Shown here: piece after piece, positions 50,536 through 64,000 of the stretch | How positions within the stretch are numbered: the stretch's first letter is position 1 | Layout of the letters: every line of letters begins with the position of its first letter | Source of the DNA: Tubiluchus corallicola | Lineage: Eukaryota > Animalia > Priapulida | DNA: 64,000 nucleotides | Direction: 5' to 3' | NCBI GenBank assembly: GCA_030141605.1 | Contig: JAQGDQ010000130.1 | Location: forward strand, 267,974 to 331,973 | The notes under the pieces: model-generated | Seen by the model: the letters and a program-made list of their open reading frames with translations, nothing else | Told to the model about the DNA's origin: nothing | Database searches by the model: none | Made by a program: the position numbers and the translations under genes

Positions 50536-53500
50536 ATTGAAATAATGTAAAATGGTTTAAAATAATAAATAAATAAATAATTTGTAACTGTTTATTTTTT
50601 CTCAGAAACCTGGACTTTCAGCAAAAAAATTCTAACTGCTAATTTGTGCAATTGCATAATTACATAGTTGCGTCTGCAAGTTGCTTTTTGTATAAGTTTT
50701 CAATTATAACAATTATTAAATTACTAATTTCCAATGTCAAAATTCTTTGGCAGAAAATAAACGCAAACGTTCATTATTTATTAATGTATATTATCTATTT
50801 ATTTCACGTTGGTGTTTATTAAAATTTTGTTGTTATTAGCTAAGCGGTCTTGATTTGGATGCCGTTATTTTCAATTATAGCAGTACGAGAGCCTTGCAGC
50901 TGCGTAAATGGCATTAAGATGCAACTATGGATTACTCTGGAGTTCTCTAATTCCTTCTCCCGTTGCCCTGCTTTTGCCCACACTTTATATTGTACGTTTA
51001 GAGCAGCACAGGTAAACTAACGACTCCTTCCGTTAATAAAAAAAAGGTTCTTGTGTTAGCATTTATTTAATTAAGGCGGATAAAGCCCTGAGAATCGAAG
51101 CCTTCAGGAGGGAAACGAAAGGTAAAATGTGGACGGACATTAAACAGCAAAAAAATTTGTTAAAGAAGTGTTTGGAACTACCCAGAGTTATGGTTGTGAA
51201 GATAATAAAACTTATGAAATGGGTTTGGGTTTCGAAAATTTGGCGTGAGGGCCGCGGAGGAAGGGGTGACCGTTGGGAAAGGGTGCGGCTTAAAACTTTT
51301 GCCTTGGGCGCAAACTATCTAGAGATGGAGAATTGGCTTTGTCAAGGAATCTGAAATGACCGCTAGTGTTAAGTAAGTTTCCCATTTCAGCTCAGTTTAC
51401 TCATCATGTACGTTTTGATTACACATTGCAAACATTGTTTATTAGACTTCATCAGAAGAAAAAAAAACAAGTCCTGAACTTTCAAAGCACCAATGTATCA
51501 TATCGATTCAATCTGTCTTGTCAGAGCTTTTGTGTGATTAAAGGCTCGCACGATCCTATTAAAGGCCAAGGTTTAAGGCCATGCTGACCATTGGATCACG
51601 GACACTCCATTGATACTATGAGATATTCAGTTTTGGTTGCCCGAAGTACTGTGTAAGCATGCGTAACACAAAGACAAATAAATTACGAATTAGAAATCGG
51701 TACAGTATTTCATTGTACGCTTAACAGAAGTACTAATGAGTATCTATAGTATTGAAAATTGCATATAAACTGACTGATGATGATGATGATGATAAATACA
51801 GATAATTTGTATACTAAATAACTTTAAGCAGCTATATTTACGGTGTTAAATAAAATCTTACATTGATAGTTATCGACCAGTTCGTAAATTAAATATCATT
51901 TCTAACAAATATTTATTTACGATGTCGAGAACCAGTGGAAACAATTATTAGGCCTACAAGGCGGTCATTGCTAGCTGGGCCTTGGAATTAATCATAATAA
52001 TTAGTCGCAGTTATGACTCTTGACTTCCAAATGCTCAAATAAGAGAACAAAAACTTGCAAAGCTATTCTTTAACTCCTAGGAAAATTGACAGTACACAGT
52101 TATTATTAAACAGATACTGTGCGGTTACGTAATGTGATTTGCAGTAAAACATTGACAACTATATCAAACCGTACATTAACAAAATGCAATTGTATACGTA
52201 TTTTTGTGCTAAGAAATAATGAAAGAATAAATGAATAACTGATAAATAAATAAATGAATGAATGGATAGATGGATGGGTGGATGGATGGATGGATGGATG
52301 GATGGGTGGATGGCATGGAGCGGTCCAAATTTACTAAGAGATCAATTTATTAGCTAGAAACGTACAAAAAATGCTGCATTCGTTGACGAGGGACTTATCT
52401 GTACAGTTAAGAAAGAAAGTTGGTGAAAGAAAAGACAGCATAACAATAAAAATTGTAAAAATTGACAAGGAAGATGGTGATGATAAAGATGACAATAATG
52501 GATCTGGAGAGGGAGAAAATGGCAACTCTATAAATTGGATTCAGGAACAGAGTAAAAGGTAAATAACTGAATAATAATAAGTTAGTTATTGTTGTACGGC
52601 TTCAGTTTATCACGTAGGCTTACTTTGTATATTGTCTGTCTTCACTTGAGCAACAGAAAAAATGAAGCCTTACTGCGTAACATCTGTTAGCATTATTTAT
52701 TATGGACTATTATGACTCTGTTATGATTATAATTATCATAACTCATAATTCATAATTATATATTATGACCCTGTTACGATGCGCAACTTTCCAAGAGTAT
52801 CTTTGCCAGACACTAGCTCTAATTTTTTTATCGTGATGTTCCCGTGTACAACGTAGGCCTATTTACTTATCTTTACATCAGAAACACAAGTGTTAGTTAA
52901 AACAAAGTCTTTGGCAGGGTCTGTTACATAGACCTAACATTATTTTTTCATTTCAGCTTTCTGAAGAATTTCTTGCTTGAGCAAACAATTATTGTCATTG
53001 TCATCACAGCACTGTCTTGTTAAATGAATAACATGCAGTTTTACATAATTGCCTGTCTTGCTGTCCTAGGCCTACAAGTTTTTGTACTAATCAACTTCTG
53101 AAATAGAGCAGACGAACTTTCCTTCAGCTCATCTAATTTTCTTACTCTACGGCTGTATAAGTGAACTAAGGGAGCTTCAATTGAATGATATAAACATTTT
53201 ACAGTAGTGCTGATGTACAACTGGGTGGAGTCATTATATGTATTAAAATAGTTAACTCAGGCCTTATGACCGAATTTCAAGAATTACAGGTGTTAGGGCA
53301 GTCATAATACGGTTGTTCTTGATGCTCCAAATACTAAATGTTGTGTGGGTATAAACAGCAATAAAATGCATAACTATTGCTGCAGGTCCATATAGGAATA
53401 TTCGTAATGTTCAATTTCTCTAGAAACTTTTTAAGAACTGTTACACCTACTGCAACCATCACAGATGGTTTGCAGCAATAGCCTTTGATCTTTAGAGTTC

Positions 53501-53915
53501 TTATCTAAATGGGCCCTGACCAGAGGGCTTTATGCAGCTTCTTACAAGAACCTAGCACGAAATTTTATGCATCGGTATTTTTGGTAAAACACCAGCTACT
53601 TTGGTACATTAGCTAAATAAGTAATTTATTTCGTTGTGGAAATCGTTTACAAAATGTTATAATAATTATAGTCATCATTTGGCCAATGCATAACGCATTA
53701 AAGGCTTTAGATTTGGTTGAAACAAACCACCATGCGAGCAGTAAAGCAGGAAATCGCATCGGCGAATCAGCTTTTCGTGATATTCTAAAATCGCTGTTGG
53801 AAATTATGCTTTTAGCAAAGCTTCGTACACCAAAAGTTACTAGTGGAACCTGGCGGTAGTTTTTTAAACTGCTAACCAAAACAAGCAAGCCGTAAAGTCG
53901 CTACGTCATTGCAAC

Positions 53916-56900
53916 ATGGCAGCACCTAATGGGTTTGTGTACAAATGCCTATTTTGTGATTCAGTAAAATAATATTAGCACTATAATTTATATTACACAA
54001 TTATTTTGCTTGTTAATCTCGAAAAATAGAATATATGCATTTTTGTCACTAATAATACAAATCATTATATCAAGAAGGATTGAAATGACGGAGCAGCATG
54101 ATTTTTAATAATACTTTTTGGGCAGGCCTGTCACATTACACTTTTTTACTCATTTGTTTCTAAACAGTTTATTGTTGCAGTGTATCATTGCCGGTTATAA
54201 ATGCTTTTTAACTGACAGGCGACATGAATTGAAATCACTAATATACACAAATTTCGCTGAAGGCATTTTTAATGTTAAACTCTAATCATAGCTTTGTTTA
54301 CATCTACGTCAGTGCACTCTATACCATAGATGAAAAAAACGAGGTACAGCATGCGAAAGCTTTAGCGTGGTGTCATTGCTATCTTGCACTATGCCACTTT
54401 ATTATTGCAGCATGTTTTTGTTTTCTGATTTTGACATTTTCCAAAGGATAAAAATTAGTTGTATAAGAACAGTGGATTCTTAGGTGTGATGGGCGAGAAA
54501 AAACTGGACACGAAGGCAGCAGGACAAAATTTGTTTTCTCCACTCCACTGAGATGGTTTTGAGCCTGAGCAGATCGGGTATACTGTCTGACTTAATGTGG
54601 GGTTTGAAACGAAAAGAAAACTGAAATCTACTGCTATTCTTTGGGCTCTGTGGTTCGAGATGGATAACCTCTGAAATTACATTTACAGTCATTTCATTTT
54701 TTTGCACAAAAGCTATGAGCTGTGCAAGTCTGAAGTGCACTTGAGAAATAGTAGGCTGAAATAAGTTAGTGAGGCTTTATCTGAAATTGTTTTGTGAATC
54801 ACAGTAGTAGTACTAAAATAATTATCATTGCAAAAATGCTTGAAAGTTGGCTCAATAACTTTTATAGTAATAACTCAGACTAAACCTAGACTAACCTAGA
54901 CTAAATATAGTTTTCATGAAATTTAGCCTTAAAAGTTAATTATTGCCTTTAATTACTGTACATGAATGTATTAATCAGAAAGTATTGGCAAGCATATCAC
55001 TTGTTTGTATTTTGTATATCACAGATTTGATTTACAGGAGTAAGTCTTACTTGTCATACAAGTGATAATGTTAATAATTTTTATACAGCTACAGTTTAGT
55101 GAGTAAATTGGTTGCCTCCTTAATAGATTCCAAGATTATTTTTGGCCATGTGTGGTTCGGTGCAATTTGTGTAAACTCAGTGAAAAAATACTCTTTCAGT
55201 AGCATTTTATTTGTATTTTACCACATTGTTGAATGCACTAAAAATATCAGTTAACATCATCTTATTTTTGCCTGTACAAAGCTTTTTGTCAGTTTTTAAA
55301 TCCGATAGGATTATTGTTGTGTTTTGTTTCTCTCGGAAGACTCGTAGAGAAAACCAGAAAACACTTTATCAAATTAAACTAGTTTATTAAGCGAGAATTC
55401 TACAACGCAAACGTATGAAGAAACACGAAATGATTACACTAAACGTGAAAATCTGGAAAACGTTTGAGTGTATCTGAAAATGTAAGTATACAGAGAATGT
55501 GTAAGTGGCGCCCATGTGAATCCGTGTGCCCCCGTCTCAGCGGCCTGCTTCACCTTATATAGCGCGCCCAAGAAGCTTCCAGAAGTTTTATTCCAGAACA
55601 TTCCACACGGTAAGACGATCATTCCAACGGAACATTCTACAATGTTCCATGTAATTCTAATAGACGCCAGCGATCTCCACAACAATTGTCACCTAATCAT
55701 ATTTTGCCTTCACTGCTGCTTTAAGTTAGCAGTAGGAGTGCAACAAATGCACATTTTCGTCAGCTGAACCAAAGCTGATTTTTATGCTTGAGAGCCACCA
55801 AATGAAGCTAAAACCGAATGGTCAGCTGTGGTGCCGCACCAAATTCCGAATAAAATACCAAATTAAGTTGGAAAGTTAGACTGAAGCTGAACAGAATTTT
55901 TTGTCAAAGCTGAGATGAATTTTCTTGTATTTCCAATTGAAGAGAATTATGAAACTCTATAGTGTTTTATCGTACTAAGTTTGTGATGATTAGTGACTGT
56001 GTAAAATTGTTCTGATTATTAAATCTGTGTTTGTATTTAAGGGTTAATATTATATAGTAAAGTGTTAAGCATTTCAAAAGCAGTCCTAATTCTTTCAAAA
56101 GCTGCTCAAACTATTCTATATAGGCCTAATCAATAAAAACAGTCTTTAAGCAAAACTGCAATAGCATAATTCTTTACTAGCTTGAGTTCTCAAACTTTCA
56201 CTGATTTATTTTACAGCAAATATAGCACCGCCATGCTATTGCACATTGAAAAGACTTGTGTCATGCATCAAATTTGTTTGAGTTACCATACAGAAACAGA
56301 AAACAAAATGTTGGCTGTTGTGCTGCATCTGCTGTTTACTATTGATCAACTTTTTAAAATAAATTTTTGTAAGCATTATAGGGAAATATTCGATTTGTTT
56401 AATATAGTTTTCACTGAATGTGACAATTATTAGAAATTTAACTTTGGCATACCAAAGGTTCATTGAATCTTTAGTGATTACAACTGAAGTTTGCCGGTCC
56501 GGATTTTTATACTGATATTCGTGGAAAAATTTGATGATCTGAATATTTGGTGCATCCCTAGTTAATAGGGACACTGTACTGTTGGTACATATATAATAAC
56601 ATGAACAAGCTGCCTCACACAGTTATATTATTACGACCGACATGTCATTTTCCTTCATTAATGTCATTTTCATTATACTGTTAAACTCACTGAATGACCT
56701 TTCATAACTTTCACTAAAGACATTCGGTTAAAATGAATGCACATAAGGGTTCCGTGGTTATAAATTATGTGTTGTTGCAGTTGCAGATGTTGGCATGTGC
56801 ATAAGTTTGCAAAATATAACTATTTGCGTATATACAATTTTACATCTGACTCACACAAACCCTTTTGAGAGTGCTAATATTATGGTTCATCTAAACACAG

Positions 56901-59900
56901 CATTGCTACTAGATTTGTAACATAATTATTTTATAGTCAGTCAAATTGTCTTTTTTCCTTGTCTCCTAATTTTTTTCTTTTCACTATCCTCTTCCTGTTC
57001 TAACCATATCTGTCTTTCAAATTTCTCGTCAAGCTCTTCAGGATAACTTGTGACGTTATTGTATCATTGCATCATTGTATTATTGTAACAGTCTTTTTAC
57101 TACATACATTGTTTAATGATGATTAAATAACTGTTAAATTATAAATTTACATTATTTAATACTGTAACATTGCTTTTATTATGCGGTGTGTTATGTGGAA
57201 TAAACATCTTGAATCTGTTTATACTAATTTTATACTTAAATTTATATTTCTAAGCTATTAGTCTTTTGTTTTCTAGAAATAATCGTCAAGACAAAACAGA
57301 CAAAACATGGTGGGATGAGTGGTTGAAGGTGGCAAAAGAGAAGGTACATACATTCCAATTTGTATTATAGAGAATACACATTGTTTAATTATGCAGAAAC
57401 TTTGAGCTATCACTTTAAACATCTTTAATTCCATCCTCATATCAGATCCGCATCGATAACACTAACTTAGCAGAAGGAATGAAATACTGGAACCCCAATT
57501 TATTTGCAGACTTCTTCTGCATATGAAGGAGCAACCTCTGCCACTTTTAGTGCATATGAACTCGTCAAGCGAGATTTGCAAGAGTTTAGTCATGTCATGA
57601 AAGCAGACACGTCGAAAGTTGTTGCTGAAGCTGCAAGCACTGTTAATGAATCCATCAAGGTGTGTCTATTATTTATTTTATTTCTTTTTTGTTTGGAAAG
57701 CTTTGCGTAGTTCAACTTGACCGTTGAACAGTTCTTTGGCTGTGCTTTCCACAAAGTTATGAATATATTTATATGGTTCACATAAAAACCTATTCCTTAT
57801 AGTGTTTCTTTTTTAGCTCGTTACTCTTTCAGTATAAAGCTTTTGCTGAACATTGAAATAAGTCGGTGATTTTTGAAAGAAAATTGGAAAAATGAAAACC
57901 ATTTGAACATTTTGCTAATTACATAAATTTCATCTAATTTAGTCAGACGAAAAGAATGCAGAGTCACCTATGGGAACTGCTGGACACTTTAAAGAGTTAA
58001 CTGGTCAGCTCCGTGATGGTTTGAGCAACATGATTGATTCTTTTACACATTCAGTTATTGTGACAGGCGGTGCCACCATGGACGATGAAGCCATTCCGGT
58101 CATGGTACGCAAAACTGATGCAGGACCTGTTATTGACAGGGCAAAGGTAATCTTTGATGACCTAGGCTTATCTAACATTTCAAGAGCCAATCAGATTAAA
58201 GATTTCTCTCAGTCATTATAAATGAACTAGTTTCTTGAAAGCTTTCTAAAGTAAAATTATGCTAGGTAAATGTGACCTTCAAATGTGTATATTGGATGTA
58301 GCATTTCAGAATAGCAAAGATTTTCAGTAATGCGAGTTGATTATATGTTCAAGTTGTTTTTGTTTGTGAACACCTAAAACATAGATTCGTGTTCACCCAG
58401 GCCATAGATTTGTATGCAGTGTACACCCAGAAAGCAGATTTTATTGTCATACTTTGCTACCATGTACAATGTGCATATGACATCTTACACGTTTCAACAT
58501 ATACAGGGAGCAGGATCTAGTACTCAGTGACATGAGCTACTTGCCTAGAACGAGAACCTAGTGTGTTGTCAAAAATTGATAATCCTTTAAATCAAATGAC
58601 GAAACTGCAGTAGACGTCTTAAGTCAGGCTTTCGCGAGATTCACGACTTCGCCAGCTATCTGAAAAAGTCAAGCAATCGCCAAACATGTGTGAAACGTTT
58701 GCCAAACAGTTGCAAAACATTCTTAGGTGTTCGTCGTTGTCGCGAAAAGGTTGCCGATTTTTGCAAAAACTTTTTAAATGTTTAAAGTTTATCTCGGGAA
58801 TCACAAAACTCGCTACTTCACCAAAACTTTGCAAAACTGTCGTAAAGTTGTCGTAACATGTGTCAAACGTTCATAAATTTGTCGCAAATAATTCATGATA
58901 TTCGTCAACAATTTTAGAATTTGCAAAAACTTGGCGAACGTCTTGCTACGACTTTGTGACTATTTTTTCATCATTTTGCGTATTTTGGCAAACCTCGATT
59001 GTTCCGCACTTCTTTTCGCAAAAATGCTGCGAAATGATTGCAGTATTCTTGTGTGAATACCGTGCAACATTTGCCTTGTCACAGAAGCTGCCAAATATGC
59101 GCAAACATTTTGTGCGACATTCTCGCGATTTTTGCTCCAGAAAAAAGATCAAAATTCGCATAAAATGTGCCGAATATCGTGCAAAGTTCACACGAACGAT
59201 TTTTGAAAAACGTAGTCGCTGGAACACTTTGGCAACTGTTGGACTTTGAGAATTTTCGATTGTCGCAAAACAGTCATGATCCTTTGAAACCCTGGCTTCA
59301 ACTAAATGTAGATCTGCATACATACCTCCCTGAGCAAGAGAAATAGCCTTACTATTTTCTTGGCTGTCACCCCTCCATTTACTGAGCAGAGCCAGTGTTG
59401 TTTAACTTTGGTCATTAATTGCATATTGCTTTATTCTTCTTGTTTCATGTAAGCAGTCTTAGCTCCCAAGTTTGTCAATTTTATAGGCGCATTTGCGAGC
59501 TATTCAATCCGATCTTGACACTTACTGCAAGGAACCAGAAGGAAACCCAGATGACTTTGAGGTGTGGTTAACAAAGTTTGACCTTGACGAACAAAAAACA
59601 GAGATTTCTGACCTGCTGGTGAACAATCAGGATGTACGGCTACTCTACACACAGTTGGTGAGTATCAAATAAGAAAGCCTGTTACGACTAAAAGCAGTAA
59701 CAAAGAAGGTTTAGTCAACTTGATTTTGAAATTTAATATTGATACCTTGTTTAGGAAAAATATTGCATCCGTACAAAAACCGAATTGAAAAAATGGCACT
59801 AGAGCACACTAGGCCTAGACTACACTGTTTTATAAAAGGAAGCCAAAATTTCAAAAACTGAATGTACAAGGTCGTCCATTGAAACTTTTAGAAAAATCTG

Positions 59901-62900
59901 AAGATTTTGCTTCAAGAATGGGCCAAAAATGAGATTAATTTAGTTATTGACCGATTCCGACCTCGGCTTCACAAAGAGTGTTCTTTACTGCTCATACCTG
60001 TAGAGAAGAAAGAAATACAGTAAATGCATAGCTGAGTTAGAGATACAGGTCTCATTACATTTAGGCTTTCTTGTAAATACAATTAATGAATAATTTCTGC
60101 ACCTAGCTGTGCTTTTATTGTATCTCTTTATGTTAATTCGTTACGTTTTGGCTTCCTTGTAAATACACAATTAGTGAATAATTTCATACTGTAGACCATC
60201 CTATAAAATTGATTGTTTGTTTGTGTAGTCAATCACTGCAGTTGAAATATTTTGAGACACGTTTTTAACATTTTGTAATTTAAAGATTTAATAAAAACTG
60301 TTTTCTTTCTCAATATTTTAAAGCCACATTAGAACTATTTTTACTTACATACTTAAAACCAAAATTTTATATTATATTTGCTTTAATATCATTTATACCA
60401 TGAGCCAATCTACTGTTCTTTAGCTTTTATAATTTATTATTATTTTGCACGCCTTATCAGGTGCCGGCTGCAGTGTCACATGCTGAATTTTGGCAACGCT
60501 ATTTTTATCGTATCCATCAGTTTGAGCAGAATGAACAACGTAAGGCCGCCCTTGTTCAACGTGCCGGTGAAGTCACTCCTGATGTCATTGCTTGGGACGA
60601 TGAGGGTAAGATGTCTACCATACTTATCTTCTTCAGCTTGTGCATTTGTGCTCATTTAGACAGGTAGTGATGATAATAGAATTTTGTTTACTGAAACTAC
60701 AGATTCTGGCTATATTTGAAAATATTCAAAAACTTCCTTAACAATTAAACATTGAAATTTTAAACTCCATAAATTTAAATAAAAGATTTTGACAAATATT
60801 GCAGTATGTAGTCATGATTTTTGTCATTTTAATTTGCATTTGATACAATGACCAAATTCGTTTTTTATTATTTGCGATCTTTGGCTACGTCACCTAACCT
60901 TTTGTTTGGCCCCTTTTAGTTGGAATCCAGCATTTAAGAGCATTTTAATGTGGATGGCTATAGCAGGACCAGGGTCTAGCTAACTGTCAAACATAATCTT
61001 TAAGATGAGGCATTAAACTAGTAGACGTGTCTTGGCCATGTTTAGATTTGTATATAATATAAATATCGTTGTTCATTGAGGTAAAGAATGAAGAGGTAAA
61101 GGCAGACGGAACTGTTTTAAAGTCATCTATAGTCTTTAAAGTATCTGGTTAGGCTTGGTGTTTCTTAACTTTGATCGCTGTGCACACATTCCTGTCATCT
61201 TGCTAGTTGTAGACAGGCCCGTCTCTGGCTATGAATTAAGATGCATGCGCTGCTTAGTGCCTTCTATTCCAAAATTTCATTTTGCTATTAAATTATATAT
61301 TAATATTTATATATTTTACCAAATTATATGTTTGGTTTGGTTCAAAATAAGTGCAAGGCCTAAAGCCTTTTGAAAAATAATGTTAACGATTTTGTAACCA
61401 CTTATTATTGCTGGTTGTTAACTTATTAGCTTGTCGATAAAATCCGGCATTATACTGCTAAGTCAATGGGTCTATTTAAAACAGATTAAAACTGTAAAAA
61501 TCATTGATGATAAATGTTCTAGAAAATTTTGTAGAATATTTAACTGTATTGATTTTTATAGTAAATTTTCCTTGTCTATTTCATTACAGTAATATTATTT
61601 TGTGATTAATTTTGTTAACTAGTCAAGATTTAATGAATTCCAAATAGCAATCGATGGTGTAAATTTTTTAGAAAATATTAATGTTTTATATTTTATACTG
61701 TAGAAAAATTTTTGTGTGAATTTAATTTTAATTACAGTTTTGTCAGTAGGGATTAAACCGAATATCGTGCTTTAAATAAATCTATTAACTTGTTGCCATA
61801 GTAATGATTGTTAGGTTTAATTAACTGGGTTGTTATAGAGTATTCTGTGATAATGGTGTTGCAATTGTTTTAATTGCAGATGCAGAATCAGAAATTGTTG
61901 AAGTACAGCCTCATTCCGCTTCAGACAGTACTTTAACTGACAGTAATTCTGATAATGTAAAAAACCAGCAGTTAGATACTGGGGAAACTTTGCCTGACCA
62001 CGGTACACATTTGCCAAATGCCACTGCATACCCTGTTGACTCTAAAAGTGATAGTGCCGATGTTTTGTCTGCGGATCATATTAGTGATGTATTAAATACT
62101 TCAAACGAAACTAGTGCCACTCAAGATGTCTCTACACACACCAAGATTGGGTCACCAGCGACCAGTGAAGGCAGTGACCTTGAAATCGTTGACAAAGCAG
62201 CTGGAACGTCGTTTGAATTATCGGCAGATGTGGTAGAAGTATCAAGAAATGTTCAGGAAGGCCCCCGTGAAGTAGTTGATAAGAATTTTCCAGTTCAAAA
62301 ACTAACTGAATTAAAAACAAAAGAAAAAGGTGACATGGTGGTGGTAGGCAATTCAGTCTCTTCTTCTTCTGAAAGTAACGGTGGTAAAGGTTGGTATTGC
62401 TGTGTTGTAATAACTTATGAAATGTAGAAATATAGGACGTCATAAACACTCAACGCTTTTTAAATGGTCTAGAAAAACATTTATGTATAATTTTATTATC
62501 AGCATTACTGATTAATAATGGATTATACCCACTATTATTAAATGTTTGAAGGCAAACCGAGAAAGGAGAAAATAGGAAAAGGCTTGACTGAGTTTAGGTT
62601 TGAACCCTGGAGTTTTGGACAACTAAGCAACAAAACCAAAACCACTTGTGATCATGGCAATTCTTAATTCAATTCTAACAGCTCAACAAATAAAACACAT
62701 TTTCAAGTGTTAAATTATCAATTAATGTTGGAAGGTTTATTTTATCAATTAATAATCTTGGAATTAAGATTATGAATAATTAATTTACTGCCCATACATT
62801 ATTGTAAGCTTTAATTTAATTATAATCAGTTAACAATTACTCAGAGCACGAATAAATGAAGATATGGATTTGTTGAATTGGTTGCCCATTTTGGCCACAA

Positions 62901-63952
62901 AATAATGTGAACTTCAAAGGTTGGCATTTCATATCTGGTCTTGAGCTTTTGCTTCTTCATATTTCCTTTGTTTCGTAATTGTTATAATTGTGAGTTTACT
63001 TCTTCATTTTAGATAAAATGAAATTAATATAAAATTTCTAATTTTTAATACGAAACATCTACATACAACAAGGCTCGTCTGAATTGGCATCTTGAATAAT
63101 TTAATTTTGATGTGAGTTTATCAACATGTTTTGTTGAGATTTTTATTATGCGCTTTTGCTTATATTGTCCCTTGATAAAAATATTATTTCCATGTAGCTT
63201 TGAGTACACTGTCTGTGTGCATTATAGCAGCAGTTTATGGATTATATCAGCGCTAGAAGAGGAATCCTTGGAACTGTATATTGAGGGTTCATTTGCATTC
63301 TAAAACTGTCAAATTTGGCTTTGACATCTTACTGTTATTTAGTTCACTTTCAATAAGCCTTTTCACATTTCCAGCAATTGATGATGATCGTGAAAAGCTC
63401 AAAGGTTAAGTGAACCTAACAACGATAATCTGAACCAAACAACGCATTTGTTTACACTTGACAATGTCTTGCCGCCCACGAGGATTGCTGCTATTATTTA
63501 GCTAGCTGTTTTTGGATAAGAATAATATGTTAGTTTAAAACTATACACACGTAGTATAATAATAAAAATAACCACGTGTTTCACCAGTTTCACCTACATG
63601 TAGTTACGTACGTAAGGTCACACTGTTGTAGTTAAGTAAGATGCACTGGGTTTTATTAACCTTTGACCTGCAGGAACTGTGCGTGTGCATAGCGAAACCG
63701 TGAAAAGGCTTACTGAGTCAATTGCTGCCACAAAAAATATGTTGGTTTGGTTAAATAATGATTGGTTATCACAAACGCAGCAAAGAAGCAGATATGTGCT
63801 CTAGTTTCTTTTTTCCAAATTTTGCCGTTTTCTTCTCAGAAGCTGATTTGGATGATGAATGGGATGAAGATGTGGAAGTGACAGAAGCTGATTTAGCACA
63901 AGCACGTGAAGCTGCAGCTAAGCTGACCACTGACCAACAGCTAGATTTAGAG
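53916..63952 (+). CDS. BSDC1: BSD domain-containing protein 1, 3'-partial; exons 53916-53932, 57277-57343, 57510-57659, 57943-58146, 59487-59657, 60461-60605, 61880-62389, 63375-63404 (candidate), 63840-63952; next exon probably starts at 64001
   Basis: In-frame GT-AG splicing gives MAAPNG|NNRQDKTDKTWWDEWLKVAKEK|TSSAYE...LVKRDLQEFSHVMKADT...|...|AHLRAIQSDLDTYCKEPEGNPDDFEVWLTKFDLDEQKTEISDLLVNNQDVRLLYTQL|VPAAVSHAEFWQRYFYRIHQFEQ. This matches BSDC1 as I recall it (WW.SWL..AVKEK, MKRDL.EF, LQSDPATYCNEP, VPAAVSHSEFWHRYFY). Acidic C-terminal DDEWDEDVEVTE. The window ends on an acceptor TTCTTCAG. The tiny first exon is the least certain part. Confidence 0.9.
55315..55684 (-). mobile_element. Solo LTR (370 bp, Gypsy/BEL-like) in BSDC1 intron 1
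   Basis: Inverted termini TGTTGTG...CACAACA and a 5-bp TSD ATTAT/ATTGT (one mismatch). On the - strand a TATA box (CTATATAAG, ~55554-55562) precedes AATAAA (~55383-55388), i.e. U3-R-U5 order. Confidence 0.75.
58622..59297. mobile_element. PIF/Harbinger-like MITE with degenerate internal TCGC/GCGA repeats, in BSDC1 intron 4
   Basis: The left end AGTCAGGCTTTC resembles the reverse complement of the right end, AGCCAGGGTTTC, with further subterminal inverted similarity. Flanks are TTA/TCA (a decayed TWA TSD). It explains ORFs 58619-59323. Confidence 0.6.
62585..62658 (-). mobile_element. tRNA-derived SINE head, degenerate
   Basis: The - strand has an A-box-like TGATCACAAGTGG and a B box GGTTCAAACC followed by CTCAGTC. 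Similar B-box+TCAGTC segments occur at ~4765-4790 and ~23735-23765. Confidence 0.35.
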
Positions 63953-64000
63953 GTGCGGTTTTGCTATTTTTGCATATGTAATGTAATGTTTATTCTTCAG

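Overview
AT-rich, microsatellite-rich genomic DNA from a eukaryote with spliceosomal introns, most likely an invertebrate animal; the species cannot be identified from the sequence. Four protein-coding genes can be assembled by eye from GT-AG junctions. (1) The first coding exon of a storkhead-box (STOX) gene on the - strand at 20.4-20.7 kb; its remaining exons appear to lie beyond the left edge. (2) An atonal-family bHLH gene on the - strand at 26.8-28.5 kb, with an intron inside the bHLH domain. (3) A very divergent beta-tubulin-derived gene on the + strand at 39.2-50.5 kb (6 coding exons, 608 aa), whose acidic tail is replaced by a long basic tail with RRDSQ-type repeats. (4) BSDC1 on the + strand from 53.9 kb to beyond the right edge. 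There is one tRNA-His(GTG), plus many transposon relics: Harbinger- and hAT-type MITEs, a solo LTR, LINE 3' fragments and tRNA-like SINE heads. The most interesting signals are the unconventional tubulin lying head-to-head with atonal across an E-box/Su(H)-rich interval, and a degenerate ~55-60 bp tandem array of nine same-orientation CTCF/YY1-like motifs between STOX and atonal, split by a hAT insertion. All protein family calls rest on remembered motifs, not database searches. Most short ORFs in the supplied track are microsatellite or intron noise.
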